Source of the DNA: Octopus sinensis
Lineage: Eukaryota
Length of the DNA stretch: 64,000 nt
Reading direction: 5' to 3'
NCBI RefSeq assembly: GCF_006345805.1
Contig: NC_042999.1
Span: 11,904,001-11,968,000, forward strand
The notes under the pieces were generated by a model. That model did no database searches. It was given only the letters and a program-made list of their open reading frames with translations, and was not told the origin of the DNA. This document shows, piece after piece, positions 1 to 12,414 of the stretch; position 1 is the first letter of the stretch, and each line of letters opens with the position of its first letter. Made by a program: the position numbers and the translations under genes.

Positions 1-236
1 ACAGACAGCCGACAACTGATGAAGGGTCGTTCCTTATATTACTGGTCCTGTTTTCCATTTGTTTCTCGTGTATTGAACTCATTTGCTTTCGTATTTCATG
101 TTGTTTACTGTTTGGTGATGTCCTGTACCCATATATGCATCTGTGTGTGTGTGCATATATATATATTATATAATATATATATATGTATATATATGTGTGT
201 GTGTTTATGTATATGTATATATGTATGTATGTGTAT

Positions 237-272
<36 letters not shown>

Positions 273-293
273 ATATATATATATATATAATAT

Positions 294-326
<33 letters not shown>

Positions 327-500
327 GTGTGTACATATATATCTATATATCTATATCTACACACACACACTCACACGCACACAGCGCGCAATCATATTTG
401 AAAATATGAAGCAATATTAAAATAATGTTTTAACTGTATATCGCCTCCTTATTTTACTCTACTGCCTCCGTTCATTTAATAAAAAAACATATTTTGCCGT

Positions 501-951
501 CTGTGTAACATACTTATTGCAAACACATCACGAGAAGCCAAATTATCTGTGGTTTTCGTCCGGAGATGATATCTCTTGCGGACGTTCCGTGTTAAATACT
601 GCAAATATATCAATAGCAGATTAAAACCATCCAACAATTGTAGTGAGAATGTCAGTTGTGCATTTCTGTCTCTTTGTGTTTCGTCAGCAGTATGTACCCA
701 CTGGCAACTGCAGGATAAGACAAAATCCATTGTCACTGATAAAGAAAAACAGTGATTGAAATATCACTGGCATTGTAATTAGCCGATTGGCTGAATAAAA
801 ATCCGCGTTATGTGTAACAAAAACAGAATTAGATTAGAATAAACAACTGTGTATCATACTTAATGCAAATACATCACAAAACCCCAAATTAACTGCGGTA
901 TTAGTCCGGAGATAATATCTCATGGGCGTACTGTGCTAAATAACAACATAT
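501..951 (+). repeat. Diverged ~105-bp direct repeat pair (501-610 and 847-951)
   Basis: ctgtgtaacatacttattgcaaacacatcac...gtccggagatgatatctc vs ctgtgtatcatacttaatgcaaatacatcac...gtccggagataatatctc, 346-bp spacing. Confidence 0.75.
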
Positions 952-978
952 GTTTATTATATTAATATATATTGTATA

Positions 979-1053
<75 letters not shown>

Positions 1054-1075
1054 ATATATATATTATATAGATTAT

Positions 1076-1396
1076 ATTAAATTAGAGACAAAACCACTAT
1101 TAGGCAAATCAAACAATGAGAAACTTAAGCCAATACATATGATTAATTTATATTATTTAAATATATAACAAAATTATTAAAAAAATATCATTAATTAATT
1201 TTTTTAATAATTTTGTTATATTTTAAATAATATAAATTAATCATATGTATTGGCTTAAGTTTTTCATTGTTTCATTTGCCTAATAGTGGTTTTGTCTCTA
1301 ATTTAATATAATATAATATTTTACTATAAAATTGCATTCAAATCCTAACTCTGATTTTTCCATGTAAGTTTGGATTTATTCCCTAATATTTATTAT

Positions 1397-1400
<4 letters not shown>
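1076..1400. mobile_element. Foldback (inverted arm + forward arm) of a PLE pseudo-LTR-like family
   Basis: Near-perfect inverted arms 1076-1185 / 1199-1307; same family as 27038-27445, which carries a hammerhead, and 27590-27750. Confidence 0.7.
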
Positions 1401-1473
<73 letters not shown>

Positions 1474-2689
1474 GTATATATATATGTATATATATGTATA
1501 TGTAATATATATATATACAATTTTATTATGAGGTCCAGATGACTTCAGATATGTTTGATAATAAGCAACATGGCGTTGTATTGGACAAGAGGATAAGTTA
1601 TTAAATGACCAACTCAAAGACCGAGACTTTAATCTTACTGCAGGCGTTTCAGTAAGGCATTTTATTTAACTCCACGAGATTTACTAAAAAATATGTTAGT
1701 TACCTTGCGATGGATCAACATCTTATTTCAAACAAGTTTTTTTCTTTCTTTTTTTTTGTGTTATAGAAAATGTAGTCGTGTTTGGTTCGTGAAAAATTTA
1801 CCTCAGTTCATGGCCAAATACATTTGGTCAATGTCAATATTTTCTTTCAGTTCCTCTCAACTCCTCAAGCCCCGTGTTTAGTCTAAACCGACTGGAACTT
1901 TCTCATGAATAATGAATGAATAACAATTAATTAATTGCCCGGTAATTTTTTTATAGAGTTTTTCTTTCATTCTATTATTTACTAAAAATAATTAATCCTT
2001 GTGTTATTTCTTTACAATGCTGTAGTTATTCTTCCATAACACACACACAAACACACACACATATACATACATTATACACATAGGCATACAAGCGCACTCA
2101 CACACACACAAACACACAGAGACAAATTCTCAGACTCACATATACACACGCATGAGCACACACGCATGCATACTACGCACACATACTGCAAGCATATTAC
2201 GCACACGTACACTCAAATACACGAAAAAACAAACACAAGCACACACACACACACGCACACGCACTCGCACACACACGCATGCACACGCACACACACATTC
2301 TGATCCGTCTGTCTATGGCGTTGCACTTGTACAAGAGCAAAGTTTGCACTCGAGTTTTTTTTAAATTTGTGTGAGAAAACTAAACAACAACAACAACAAC
2401 AAAAAAGTTTTTTTTTTTTTCTTGCCAGATAATAAAATAAAATATAAATAGCCTGAAAGTGATGAGAGTTGGGAGGCGGTGCAATAAAGAAAACAACCAA
2501 ACTTTACAGCCTCCACCGTTTACTGTTCCCCAGGCAAAGCCTCGCCGCAGTCGTCGACTCTCTTCATTCTGTGACTAGCAGCCAGGATTTATCTTCAGCA
2601 ATAATTCTTGTTTTTGTCTACCGAGAAATTTCTCGATAAAAATTGGTCGACTACGAAAAACTAAAACGGATTATACTATATCTTTATTA

Positions 2690-2721
<32 letters not shown>

Positions 2722-2923
2722 GTGTGTGTGTGTGTGTTGTATGTGTGTGTGTGTATGTGTGTGTGTGTGTATGTGCGCGCGTGCATGTGCGTGATTGTGC
2801 ACATTTGTGCATTTAGGTGCTATAGTGTGTGTTCTCTTTTAAATGTAAAATATACACGTTAATACATGATTCACATGCGCGAGGAAGCACACATGCATAA
2901 ACGTATGCACACACAAACACGTA

Positions 2924-2961
<38 letters not shown>

Positions 2962-3247
2962 ATATATATTATAATCCAAATGAGAATGGAAAGAGTATTT
3001 AGCCCATCTTTTAATGACCAGCCATTAAGGATGTGCTAAATTCCGTCTTCTTATTTAGATCATATTTTACTCTTCGCAAGACCTACACATAGGATTTACC
3101 GGCGTAAGACCTGCACTTTCTATACCAGCAGAATTTCGATCTTTCTTGAGACTCAATTCAAGACTGTACGTAGCCTTTCGTTCGGATTGAGTGCTGCATT
3201 AGAAATACAACATTACAAATACATAATCGAAACCCAGTTTTGATTGC

Positions 3248-3289
3248 AACTGTCCGACGAACGGAAACGTGAAACTCTGAGTAACAGTT
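3248..3289 (+). ncRNA. Type I hammerhead ribozyme motif, CCGACGA core variant
   Basis: aactgt-CCGACGA-acg gaaa cgt-GAAA-ctc t gag-TA/acagtt: 6-bp stem I, GNRA-capped stem II, near-palindromic stem III; predicted cut after 3283. Confidence 0.8.
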
Positions 3290-3403
3290 TTGTGATGTTT
3301 TTGAAGCTTTAATAAGAAAGCATGTTACTCTACCTTCGCTATTCGAGAACTACTTTTTCCACCTTGTTTTGCATTATGTGCTTATTCGTGTGTATGTGTG
3401 TGC

Positions 3404-3460
<57 letters not shown>

Positions 3461-3689
3461 TAAATGTCGAACGATGAAAATCAGTGCTCATTGGTGAATA
3501 TAATTTCTTTATTTGTGAATTAAGGCTACCATTGGTTTCATGTTAAGAAAAATAGGTAAATATCCTAATGTCTTAACAATTTTTCAAGCTGGTCACATGG
3601 ATAAAGGTGTTCTCTTCCATTTTGGAAAACAGCCTCATTTAGTTTGTAGAGATTCTCGTGAATTCACGTGAATAAAACGATGAATCAAG

Positions 3690-4330
3690 GAACGTTACTC
3701 TTGCGTGGCATCATTTAAGAATCGTTATCGCAACCATGTTGCCAGCTTCAAGAGATTCAATAAGAGACATTCAACATCTTTCGTAGATTTTGTATGGCGG
3801 TTGATGGAGGATAAAACGAAGTACAGCATTAATTGGTCCATAGCAAGGCACGCGAAACCATACAATATAATTTCCAGGAGATGCCGTCTCTGCTCCGAGG
3901 AATCCCTGTCTATTCTGTGGACTAACGAGAAGATCATTAATAGGATTTCTGATCGAGAATCGAGATGCCTACACACATATAAATGTAGAACGCATATACA
4001 ATGCAGTGTGAATGAATTTTGAGTAACTGTGAACATAATTTAATTTACTTTAGGTATGGATGACTTAAGTCTACTTTCTTACAAACACCAAGTAGATAGG
4101 TAATTCGCTTTGTGATCATGAGTGCACTAACAACCTCACGTGTGCGTATGCTCACATTTTTGCAGATGCTTATGAGCGAGTGTACTCGCGCCATGCAGCG
4201 AGCCTGAGGACGTTTATACATCCATATTTGTTAACGGTTATCTTTAACTTTTCTCGCTGGATTGCGTGTTTGTTTCTCTTTTTGCCGTCTGTGATTTTAT
4301 TTTTAATCTTGTATATTCAATGAAGATATT
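3690..4330 (+). mobile_element. Penelope-like element 3' fragment (C-terminal half of GIY-YIG endonuclease + 3' repeat)
   Basis: ORF 3705-4022: FKNRYRNH..SF, VWRL, INWSI, PY....RCRLC, RCLH match the PLE endonuclease C-terminus seen at 25342-25700. Confidence 0.8.
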
Positions 4331-4551
4331 TTCTCCGTCTGGCTGCTTTTCTTTCTACAAAACGAGAAGTTACATTGCGGTTATTTTAACGAGTGTATTC
4401 ATTTATCACCCCATGAGATACATCTGCACCACCGGATGCTCCTGAACCAGTTGTTGAGTGTCTCACCCATGAGGGATCGATGCTGGATGTGTCGAAACAA
4501 TTGTCGTCATTAATAATAAATTCTCGTATATTCCATCTTCCGTCTTTCATT

Positions 4552-4621
<70 letters not shown>

Positions 4622-4968
4622 ATTGTGTGTGTGTGTGTGTGTGTGTACGATGGGCTTCTTTCAGTTTCCGTTTATCGAATCCATTCACAAGGGTTTGCTC
4701 GGCCCGAGGCTATAATAGATTACACTTTGATGTAAACTAGCTATTTTCATTAAGTTCTCCTCGGGTAGAAAAATAAGGAGGTAATTGTCTTTTGGATATG
4801 TCTATGTACAATGAATCATGTGAGAACAATCTCCTTTATTTTTCTCTGTTCATAAAGGATAACAAGATGTATTTACATCAGTTCAATGTTCCTCTGCGAA
4901 AGGTTTAAAAAGTCTGGTTTTAAATTTACCTTAGATTTTCTAATATGCAGTGTGTTATGCATAAACGA

Positions 4969-5031
<63 letters not shown>

Positions 5032-5759
5032 GTAGATGTATTAAGTGCGCGGCAAATTACTGTATAAGGGTGCAGCTTAGCTTCGAATGATAGATGCAGG
5101 ATCGAGTAGATGGAACATTCATACAATTTGGTATTGATACGTAATATGAAGAATTATAAGAGTTCGAAAGAACAACAGGAAGCAGATTGTTGGTATTTCA
5201 TCACAATTGTTTCTGCAATCAATAATTAAAATCAATAAGTAATTAGAAATTATATTATTAGTTATTAATTGTAGACACCACTTAAGATATTTATTTCACA
5301 ACCACACCAGATAATCGCTTTTCCATTCCCTTCATTAGCACTTAAGTCGTTCCTATATGTTAATAAAGGATTTTCATGTGAAGACCTTTTCTGATACTTC
5401 CATAATTATTCTTGACTTACCTTTGAACTCCTCCATCCTTCTTCCTATTAATATAATTGTTGAACACCTAATTCTTGAATCGTTGTGACCAACATCATCC
5501 TACAGCAGTCATTCCTACCCGAAAACGTTTTTCCTACTCCCGACCATTTACATTCAATGTTTGTGTCTTCGTTATTGATATCTTTAATATACCTTCTACC
5601 CTTACATTGTTGTTCCTTAAATTGTCAGTACCATAGCCTTTGACGTTTCGCCTGTCATCAACGCTGCCTTTATCTCCACAGTCTACTTTTTTATTCCTCT
5701 TCAATAGGTTCATGCGAGTTTCTAATGCATTACCTGGTTCACTGCCGTATTCCTGAGGT

Positions 5760-6260
5760 GTATGCAGCATTGACTTATTTTTCTTTGGGTCAGGGGGGGT
5801 ACATCAATTCCTGTTGGTGTACCGTTTGTTTTGTTAGGGGTTTAGTCTCTTGTTATATTAGTGTTTGTTCTGCTGTGCGTGGTGTGTGTAATGTGAGTTG
5901 TGTTATTTTATTGGGCCTTAATCTTGTAAAGTATATGTCACATGAGCTTGTGTTGTTTTAGATTATTAGTTGTTTATTATATAGGAAGTGTGTTGTGTGA
6001 GAAGCTTTTTCTACTTCAGCTATTCTGTTGAAATCGTAGGTGTCCTGCACAAACTGTAAGCTCTTCCTTGAAGAACTATTTTTTTAGACAGTGTGTAGTG
6101 TTGTGAACCCCGGTATAGTTTCTATAATATTTTTTAAACATGCCTAATGCTCCAATTACTAAGTGTTATTGTTTTCACTCTCATACTCCACCTCTTGAAT
6201 ATTTCAATTTCAAGGGCCTTGTATTTTGATAGTTTTTCCACTTCTTTTCGGGCAATATTA
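5760..6260 (-). mobile_element. R4/Dong-type RLE non-LTR retrotransposon 3' fragment
   Basis: KEVEKLSKYKALEIEIFKRWSMRVKTI homologous to the RLE end at 45831-46200; 5' junction in an ATT/ATC-rich tract. Confidence 0.75.
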
Positions 6261-6494
6261 TTATCGTCGTCGTCATCGTCATCATCATTATGATTGTCAC
6301 TATCGTTATCAATATTACTATCATTATTCATCATCATTATTTGATTTTTTTTAGTCGCATGTTACTTTCTTCCTGTCTACTATTTGACTTTTTTGCTATT
6401 AGTATCAGTATCACCACAATTGTTAATACTATTATTATTCTTACTACAAATAGCGTCGTCGTCGTCGTTATCATCATCATTATTATTATTATTA

Positions 6495-6564
<70 letters not shown>

Positions 6565-6604
6565 CTGTAATAGAATAACTATTATTATTAATATTATTGT
6601 TGTC

Positions 6605-6815
6605 AAGGAGGCGAGCTGGCAGAATCGCTAGCACACTGAACAAAATACTTAATGGCATTACGTCCGTATTTAAGTTCTGAGTTCAAATTCCGCTGAGGTT
6701 GCCTGTCATCCTTTCAGGGTCGATGAAATAAATACCAGTTGAGTCTAAAGGTCGATGTAGCTGACAAGCCCATCCCGATCAAAATTTCCGGCCTTGTGCC
6801 TTTAGTGGAAGAAGT
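6605..6815 (+). mobile_element. SINE family A (short-tail form)
   Basis: gagctggcagaatcg...gttctgagttcaaattcc (B-box-like)...ggccttgtgcc; more than 12 related copies in the window. Confidence 0.85.
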
Positions 6816-7555
6816 CTAGTGGTGGGTAAGGCATCGACGAGGATGAACTTGCTGGTCTGTTTCGGAGGACTTTCCAATCCGGTACTACCATCGATAACTT
6901 CCAGAAATGTCTGGTCTGACAGTGCTACAGCTGGGCACTGTCAGTTTCAGATAAATTCTTTAGATGTGGAAACGTTGTCAGGCGGGACTGTCTGGAATGC
7001 ACGCAGAGCGCGTTCTACACGCACTCGTGCAGTGTCTGAGTATTGCTGACATGTGGACTTATGTCGAACAGCTGTTATCGCATGTGGGACGAATCTGTCC
7101 CCCGACCAAATCAATCGTGAGGATCGCCCCACGCCCCATCTTTAACAAGGCAGGGCAGGCGGTGTTCTTCTGCCTTGTGGCTATGGCGAAAGAGGCTAAA
7201 AGATCAAGGCACTTAAGTCTTCATCAACTTTTTAAAGTTCCTTCTGAAAAGGAAAGTGAGTGTAAAGAGGAAAGTGCAACTTCCCAGTGGAGGGCAACAG
7301 TTGGGAAGGCGCACCTGACTTTGGTGACCAGAGTAATCGTTGATCTGTGGGGTTCCTTGCTGGACCACTTCCTGTATCAGGAGGACTGCATCATTCACGT
7401 TATTACATACTCTGGGTTTTTTTTATGTATACTTTTATCACATTTCACCGACTTTTCCATTTCTTCCTCCCTAACCTTTATGTAAATCCCTACATAAATT
7501 GTTGTCTGTCTTTGTGATGTCACCCTCATCTATGCCCTTGTGGCCAATAAAAGAT
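6816..7555 (+). mobile_element. L1/Tx1-type LINE, 5'-truncated 3' end
   Basis: VLHALVQC...WTYVEQLLS...FCLVAMAKE (ORF 6964-7485), homologous to 44581-45638; 3' UTR ends in aataaaag. Confidence 0.8.
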
Positions 7556-7561
7556 ATTAAT

Positions 7562-7615
<54 letters not shown>

Positions 7616-7923
7616 GGTGGTGGTGGTGGTGGTGGTATTATCGTCATTCTTATTCAATTTGGACTTCAGTGACATTGCTACTGTTTGCATATGCACAATA
7701 TCAACGCTCATGTGTGTGTGTATATGTATATACATGTTACTCCATGTGATTAGGTGTGAGCGTGCTAGTGTGCAAATGTCTGTACACGCGCACATACGTG
7801 TGTATGTGTGTGCATGTATTATTATTTGTGTATATGTACTTATATATATGCGTGCGCGTGTGTACTTATGTGCGCTTGAGCTCGGCAATGTATGTATGTG
7901 TGTGTATATATATATATATATAT

Positions 7924-7954
<31 letters not shown>

Positions 7955-8819
7955 ATATATATATATATATAATATTATATATATTATATATATTATATAT
8001 ATCTGTTCTTATTTGCTTTTCCTTAAACCCTTAATAACCTAATTGCTGAAGTGGTTACAACCCGAAGAATCCTGTTTCTCGCCTTCTTCTCCACCGCACA
8101 TCCTCACACTCTCTTTGATTCTCTGGGTTTTATCGCCTTTTGTATACGTTTACACTTATCATCGTTATTTTGTCTTTATATTTCCTGTACCATTGTAACT
8201 TAATTCGTTTCTTTTTTCTTTCTATTTTTGTTTTTTTATTTCTTGCACTTTCTTACAGTCCTGGTCAGTTTATTCTAATGACCTCCTTTCAGGTGACCAT
8301 CACTGTGACCACAACTTCGTAACTTAAACCGATGGACTCCTTTCCACATTTGTCTCTATTTCTGACCAGCCAGGTTATTGTCGCACGCCACCCCCTCTCT
8401 CTTCCTCTTAACTTTCATTGGTTGGTATCTGGCTCATGAATATTCAAGACTTGTACACGCTCGGATATTATATATTTCAGCATGCCATCTGATGATGCCG
8501 TTGATGATGCACGTGTGTGTATAGTGGGATTGGCAATATATTGACGGGAGATGGAAAACCGATGCGTCGAACTAAAGTACTTTGTGCTATGTTACGTTCC
8601 TGATCGGTCTGGTACCTGAAATCGACTTTGCGTTTTACCTTTAAGCTGTTCGTAATACAATTACTAAACAACAGGTAAAATATAATTGACTAAAACTTTT
8701 GAAGGCGTTGCCCCAGCACGGACGTAACCCATTGACTGAAACCAGTAAAAGAATAAAAGAATAATAGAATTTAAAAAAACGAATACTTGTCTATTCTTTA
8801 GTGTAGTTGAAGTGCAGAG

Positions 8820-8935
8820 GCGCAATGGCCTAGTGGTTAGGGCAGCGGACTCGCGGCCGTAGGATCGCGGCTTCGATTCCCAGACCGGACGCTGTGAGTG
8901 TTTATTGAGCGAAAACACTTAAAGCTCCACGGGGG
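8820..8935 (+). mobile_element. tRNA-derived SINE head
   Basis: A box-like tggcctagtggttag and B box-like gcttcgattcc; no full cloverleaf or CCA end. Confidence 0.7.
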
Positions 8936-9080
8936 AACAACTTTCTCTCACTCTTTGTTTCTGTTGTACCTGTAGTTCAAAAGGCCAACCTTGTCACACT
9001 TAAAGGTACACCTGTCTGTAGAAGTACAATGTTTGGTCAAAAGAACAATTGTCAGTTTATTTCTAAAACCATGACATGTA

Positions 9081-9587
9081 CCGTAAATCCTCGAGTATAG
9101 TCCGCCCTTGATTATTATACGCAGGAGATTTTTAGGGGGCTGTACATCTGAAAAACCTTGTGTATAATACGCACCCCTTCTCTAACTTGAGTCAAGGATA
9201 TCTTTATAACGTCCTTGGTTTGTAAAAACGTATACAGTAACGTCCTTTATTATTATTGTATATATAACATAATGCAAACGTGTAGCTTTTTTGTGCATTT
9301 TGTTTGTAGAAAATAAAGAAATAACAGTAATAACGTTTAATAAATGTTGCTTACTGCAAGTTATGGATGATTCTTTTATGACTTCATTGCTTTCAGGCTT
9401 AGCTTAAGGTATTTTCGCGCCCAACATCTCAAAATGCGTCTGAATAAACATTGCCGGACAGCAAATAGAGACTCAGACATTGCTTAGAAAATATTTTTCA
9501 TTTTTAACCTCGTATATAGTACGCACTAGGGATTTTGACCTTTAAATTTTGCGGTGGAAAATGCGGATTATACTCGAGGATTTACGG
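9081..9587. mobile_element. Tc1/mariner/pogo-type MITE (507 bp)
   Basis: 25-bp TIR ccgtaaatcctcgagtata(g/a)tccgc with 1 mismatch; TA on both flanks (9079-9080, 9588-9589). Confidence 0.9.
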
Positions 9588-11159
9588 TAAATAAAATTCA
9601 TTGTTTGTCGTTATTGTATTAATTCTTTTGAAAATTAGTCTTCATTTAATCGTTTTGTATAAGCACCAAGAAACTTTGATGAAGAAAAATGTTGAATTAT
9701 AATTCTTGTGTGTATGCCGTATTTCTTGATATTACCCTATGATGTTCCAAAGGAGGGGTTAAGTCGAGTACATCGATCCCAGTGCTCAACTACAGGACGG
9801 AAAACAAAACCTGTCAAAGGGCAGATGAACTCAGTAGAATAAATAACAATGTGAACCCTCAGTGGGACTTGAACCCGCCAGTTATTGTTGATACGCTTAG
9901 AGTTATAAGGGGACTCTAAGGCACAGTTTCGAATGCCACTTAGTGCACACGTTTTCATTTTCTCCTCTTACTAAATGACTTTTCATATTTTGCCCTTTCT
10001 ACTTCACATAAACACGTATCCTCCTCAATCTAAAGAGTCAGAACATAATCCATTCTGTTATCTATATATTCATCTATATATTTATATATTTATATATTTA
10101 TATATCTATATATTTATATATTTATGTATTTACTGTATATAATTTTCCGTGAACGTTTCAAAATTAAGGAATAAAACAAAAGGAGAACATCGAAGTTACA
10201 GAAATATAATAAGGATCCAAATTAGTTTTCTTTTGCTTGCATTTAATTTTGTTTAATTAGAATTTTCCTTTTCCTAAACTCTGTTTCTTTAATTAATTAA
10301 ATAAACAATAGTTGCCACTGTTCACTCAAACAATTGCTTCGTCATTTTATTAGTTTTGCTGCTCCGCCGCCGCCACCGCCGCCGCCACCACCGCCGCCGC
10401 CGCCGCCATGGCTGTCGCTGCTGTTGTTGCTTTTTGTCTCGTAACTGAATTTTACTCTAAAATAGCAAAAATATGACAAACAGAAAAGAAGAAAGAAGGA
10501 AAGTGAAGAGGGAGGACAGAAAAGAAAGGAAAGAAATGAGAATACACACACACACACACGCACGCACGCACACACTGATTTTGAAACAATTCCAACAGTT
10601 TTGAGAAAATGGGGGTTAGTCGGCACCATCCACTACATTATTTGATTGATACTTTCTTCTATCGACCCTAAAAGATGAAAAGAGCGAATTTGAACTCGGC
10701 GGGAATTGAACTGAGAACGTAAAAAAGGAAAGAAAAAAAAAACTCGGAATAAATACGACGAGGCATTTTTCGAGGCTCCAACGATTCTACCATAGCATCG
10801 GCCTCAAGAAAAATGATACTATTTTTACCCAATGCCACCCTCTCAGCCTTTCTGTTCTGAAGTAAACGAATGAAAGAAAAGGTCCAACCTCTTTCCTAGA
10901 AAAGAAAAAAAAACATAAATCAAGCTGCCTGGTTGTTTTCGGTTGTTTAGTTCCTATAAGGCCTTCATGACCTTTGATATGGTTTTTATTTTAAGCACTA
11001 TGTCAACAATTTTGAGTTGAGAGAAATTAGTGGATACCATCGACCCCTGTACTTGAATGGTACTTTATTTTATCGACTACGAAAGGCAAAGCTACCTCAT
11101 TGGAGTTTGAACTTAGAACGTAGCCCCTTGACATTATCAAGCCACTCTAACAATTCTTA

Positions 11160-11362
11160 TTTCTTTATTACCCACAAGGGGCTAAACATAGAGAGGACAA
11201 ACAAGGACAGACAACGGGATTAAGTCGATTACATCGACCCCAGTGTGTAACTGGTACTTATTTAATCAACCCCGAAAGGATGAAAGGCAAAGTCGACCTC
11301 GGCGGAATTTGAACTCAGAACGTAACGGCAGACGAAATACGGCTACGCATTTCGCCCGGCGC
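11160..11362 (-). mobile_element. SINE family A (long-tail form); degraded neighbours at 10620-10800, 11030-11120, 11380-11510
   Basis: Reverse complement matches the 23372-23609 copy. Confidence 0.85.
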
Positions 11363-11879
11363 CTTCATATAAGTGTCAATATCGAACCGGAAAAGATAAA
11401 AGGCAAAGTCAACCCCGACTGCATTTGAACTCCGAACGTAAAGAGACAGAAAAAATTACTGCTATGCGTTTTGTCCGGCGCGTTAACGATTCTGCCAGTT
11501 CGCTATTTTAATAGAATTTTCTTTACCTGTGATTATTCTATTTCAACCGAATGATTATGCGATATGATAAAAAGAAACAATACGACTTGATGCTTTAATT
11601 ATTTCTCTCCGAACCAGAGCCAGAACTAGACATACTTTTAATCTTGCATTAGGAAGAGGAAGAGAAAGGAGGTTTATATGTGATATAAGCGGAAACGACA
11701 CTCTTGGGTAAGGTTGCAGGTTTAGTCATCGTCGGCCCGACCATGCGACACACACACACCACACACACACATAAATATGCGTGATTGTATGCTTGCACTG
11801 GTTTCAAATTTTGGCACAAGGCCAGCAATTTCGGAGGAGGGGTTAAGTCGAGTACATCGACCCCAGTGCTCAACTACAG

Positions 11880-12410
11880 GACGGAAAACAAAACCTGTCA
11901 AAGAGCAGATAAACTCAGTAGAATCAATGGCCTGGCAGCAAGTAGGCGTGACAGCCCCTAGTCTTTGTTTAGGCATCTTTCTCGAAGAAAAACTCTGATA
12001 TAACACCTGCGACTTCGTTTCCCACCAGTGAGATAGACTCGTTCTTTTTGAGCAAATACATAGGTTGTCGAGAGAGTGAGGTTGGTCCTGCACAAGGCCT
12101 TCCCTCACTTCAAAAGCTTCAGCCACATGCATAGCTTTCATCTTATCATCTCTACGATGCGCTTCACACTGACCGTACTCAAAATAGATAAAACATTCAA
12201 TGAAAAATTTTGTGATGGAGTGATGGCACGTGCCAGTGTGACAGAATCATCCATAACTCTCTGAACAACTGTTGCAAGAGGCGCCCATCATCGTCACATT
12301 TGTGCAAAGGAATGTACGGCCTCAGCAGGACTGAAAAGCCATGTCCGTGTTGTTAAGTTTAAGAGAACAATGAAGCGATGGAATTGTTCGAAGTCAGTTT
12401 GCAATCCGAG
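11880..12410 (+). mobile_element. Possible RTE-type LINE 3' remnant
   Basis: HRHICAKECTASAGLKSHVR near 12290-12350 resembles the C-terminal C2H2-like motif of RTE ORFs; the rest is heavily degraded. Confidence 0.35.
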
Positions 12411-12414
12411 TGCA

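Noticed and set aside
16-60. CTGATGA at 16-22
   Set aside because: No stem II/GAAA/stem III follows.
4165-4200. CTTATGA-gcgag tgta ctcgc-GCCA after the PLE ORF
   Set aside because: Probably an HHR relic by position, but too many core changes to call.
4400-4560. Coding-looking stretch (DTSAPPDAPEPVVECLTHEG...)
   Set aside because: No splice sites, start context or homology that I can support.
5415-5505. Possible minus-strand exon with AAG/GTAAGT donor near 5420
   Set aside because: Weak acceptor, no recognisable peptide and no partner exons.
8489-8530. CTGATGA followed by a tgc...gca hairpin
   Set aside because: No GAAA or stem I partner.
8820-8895. tRNA gene
   Set aside because: A/B boxes are present but it runs into SINE body sequence without a proper acceptor stem.
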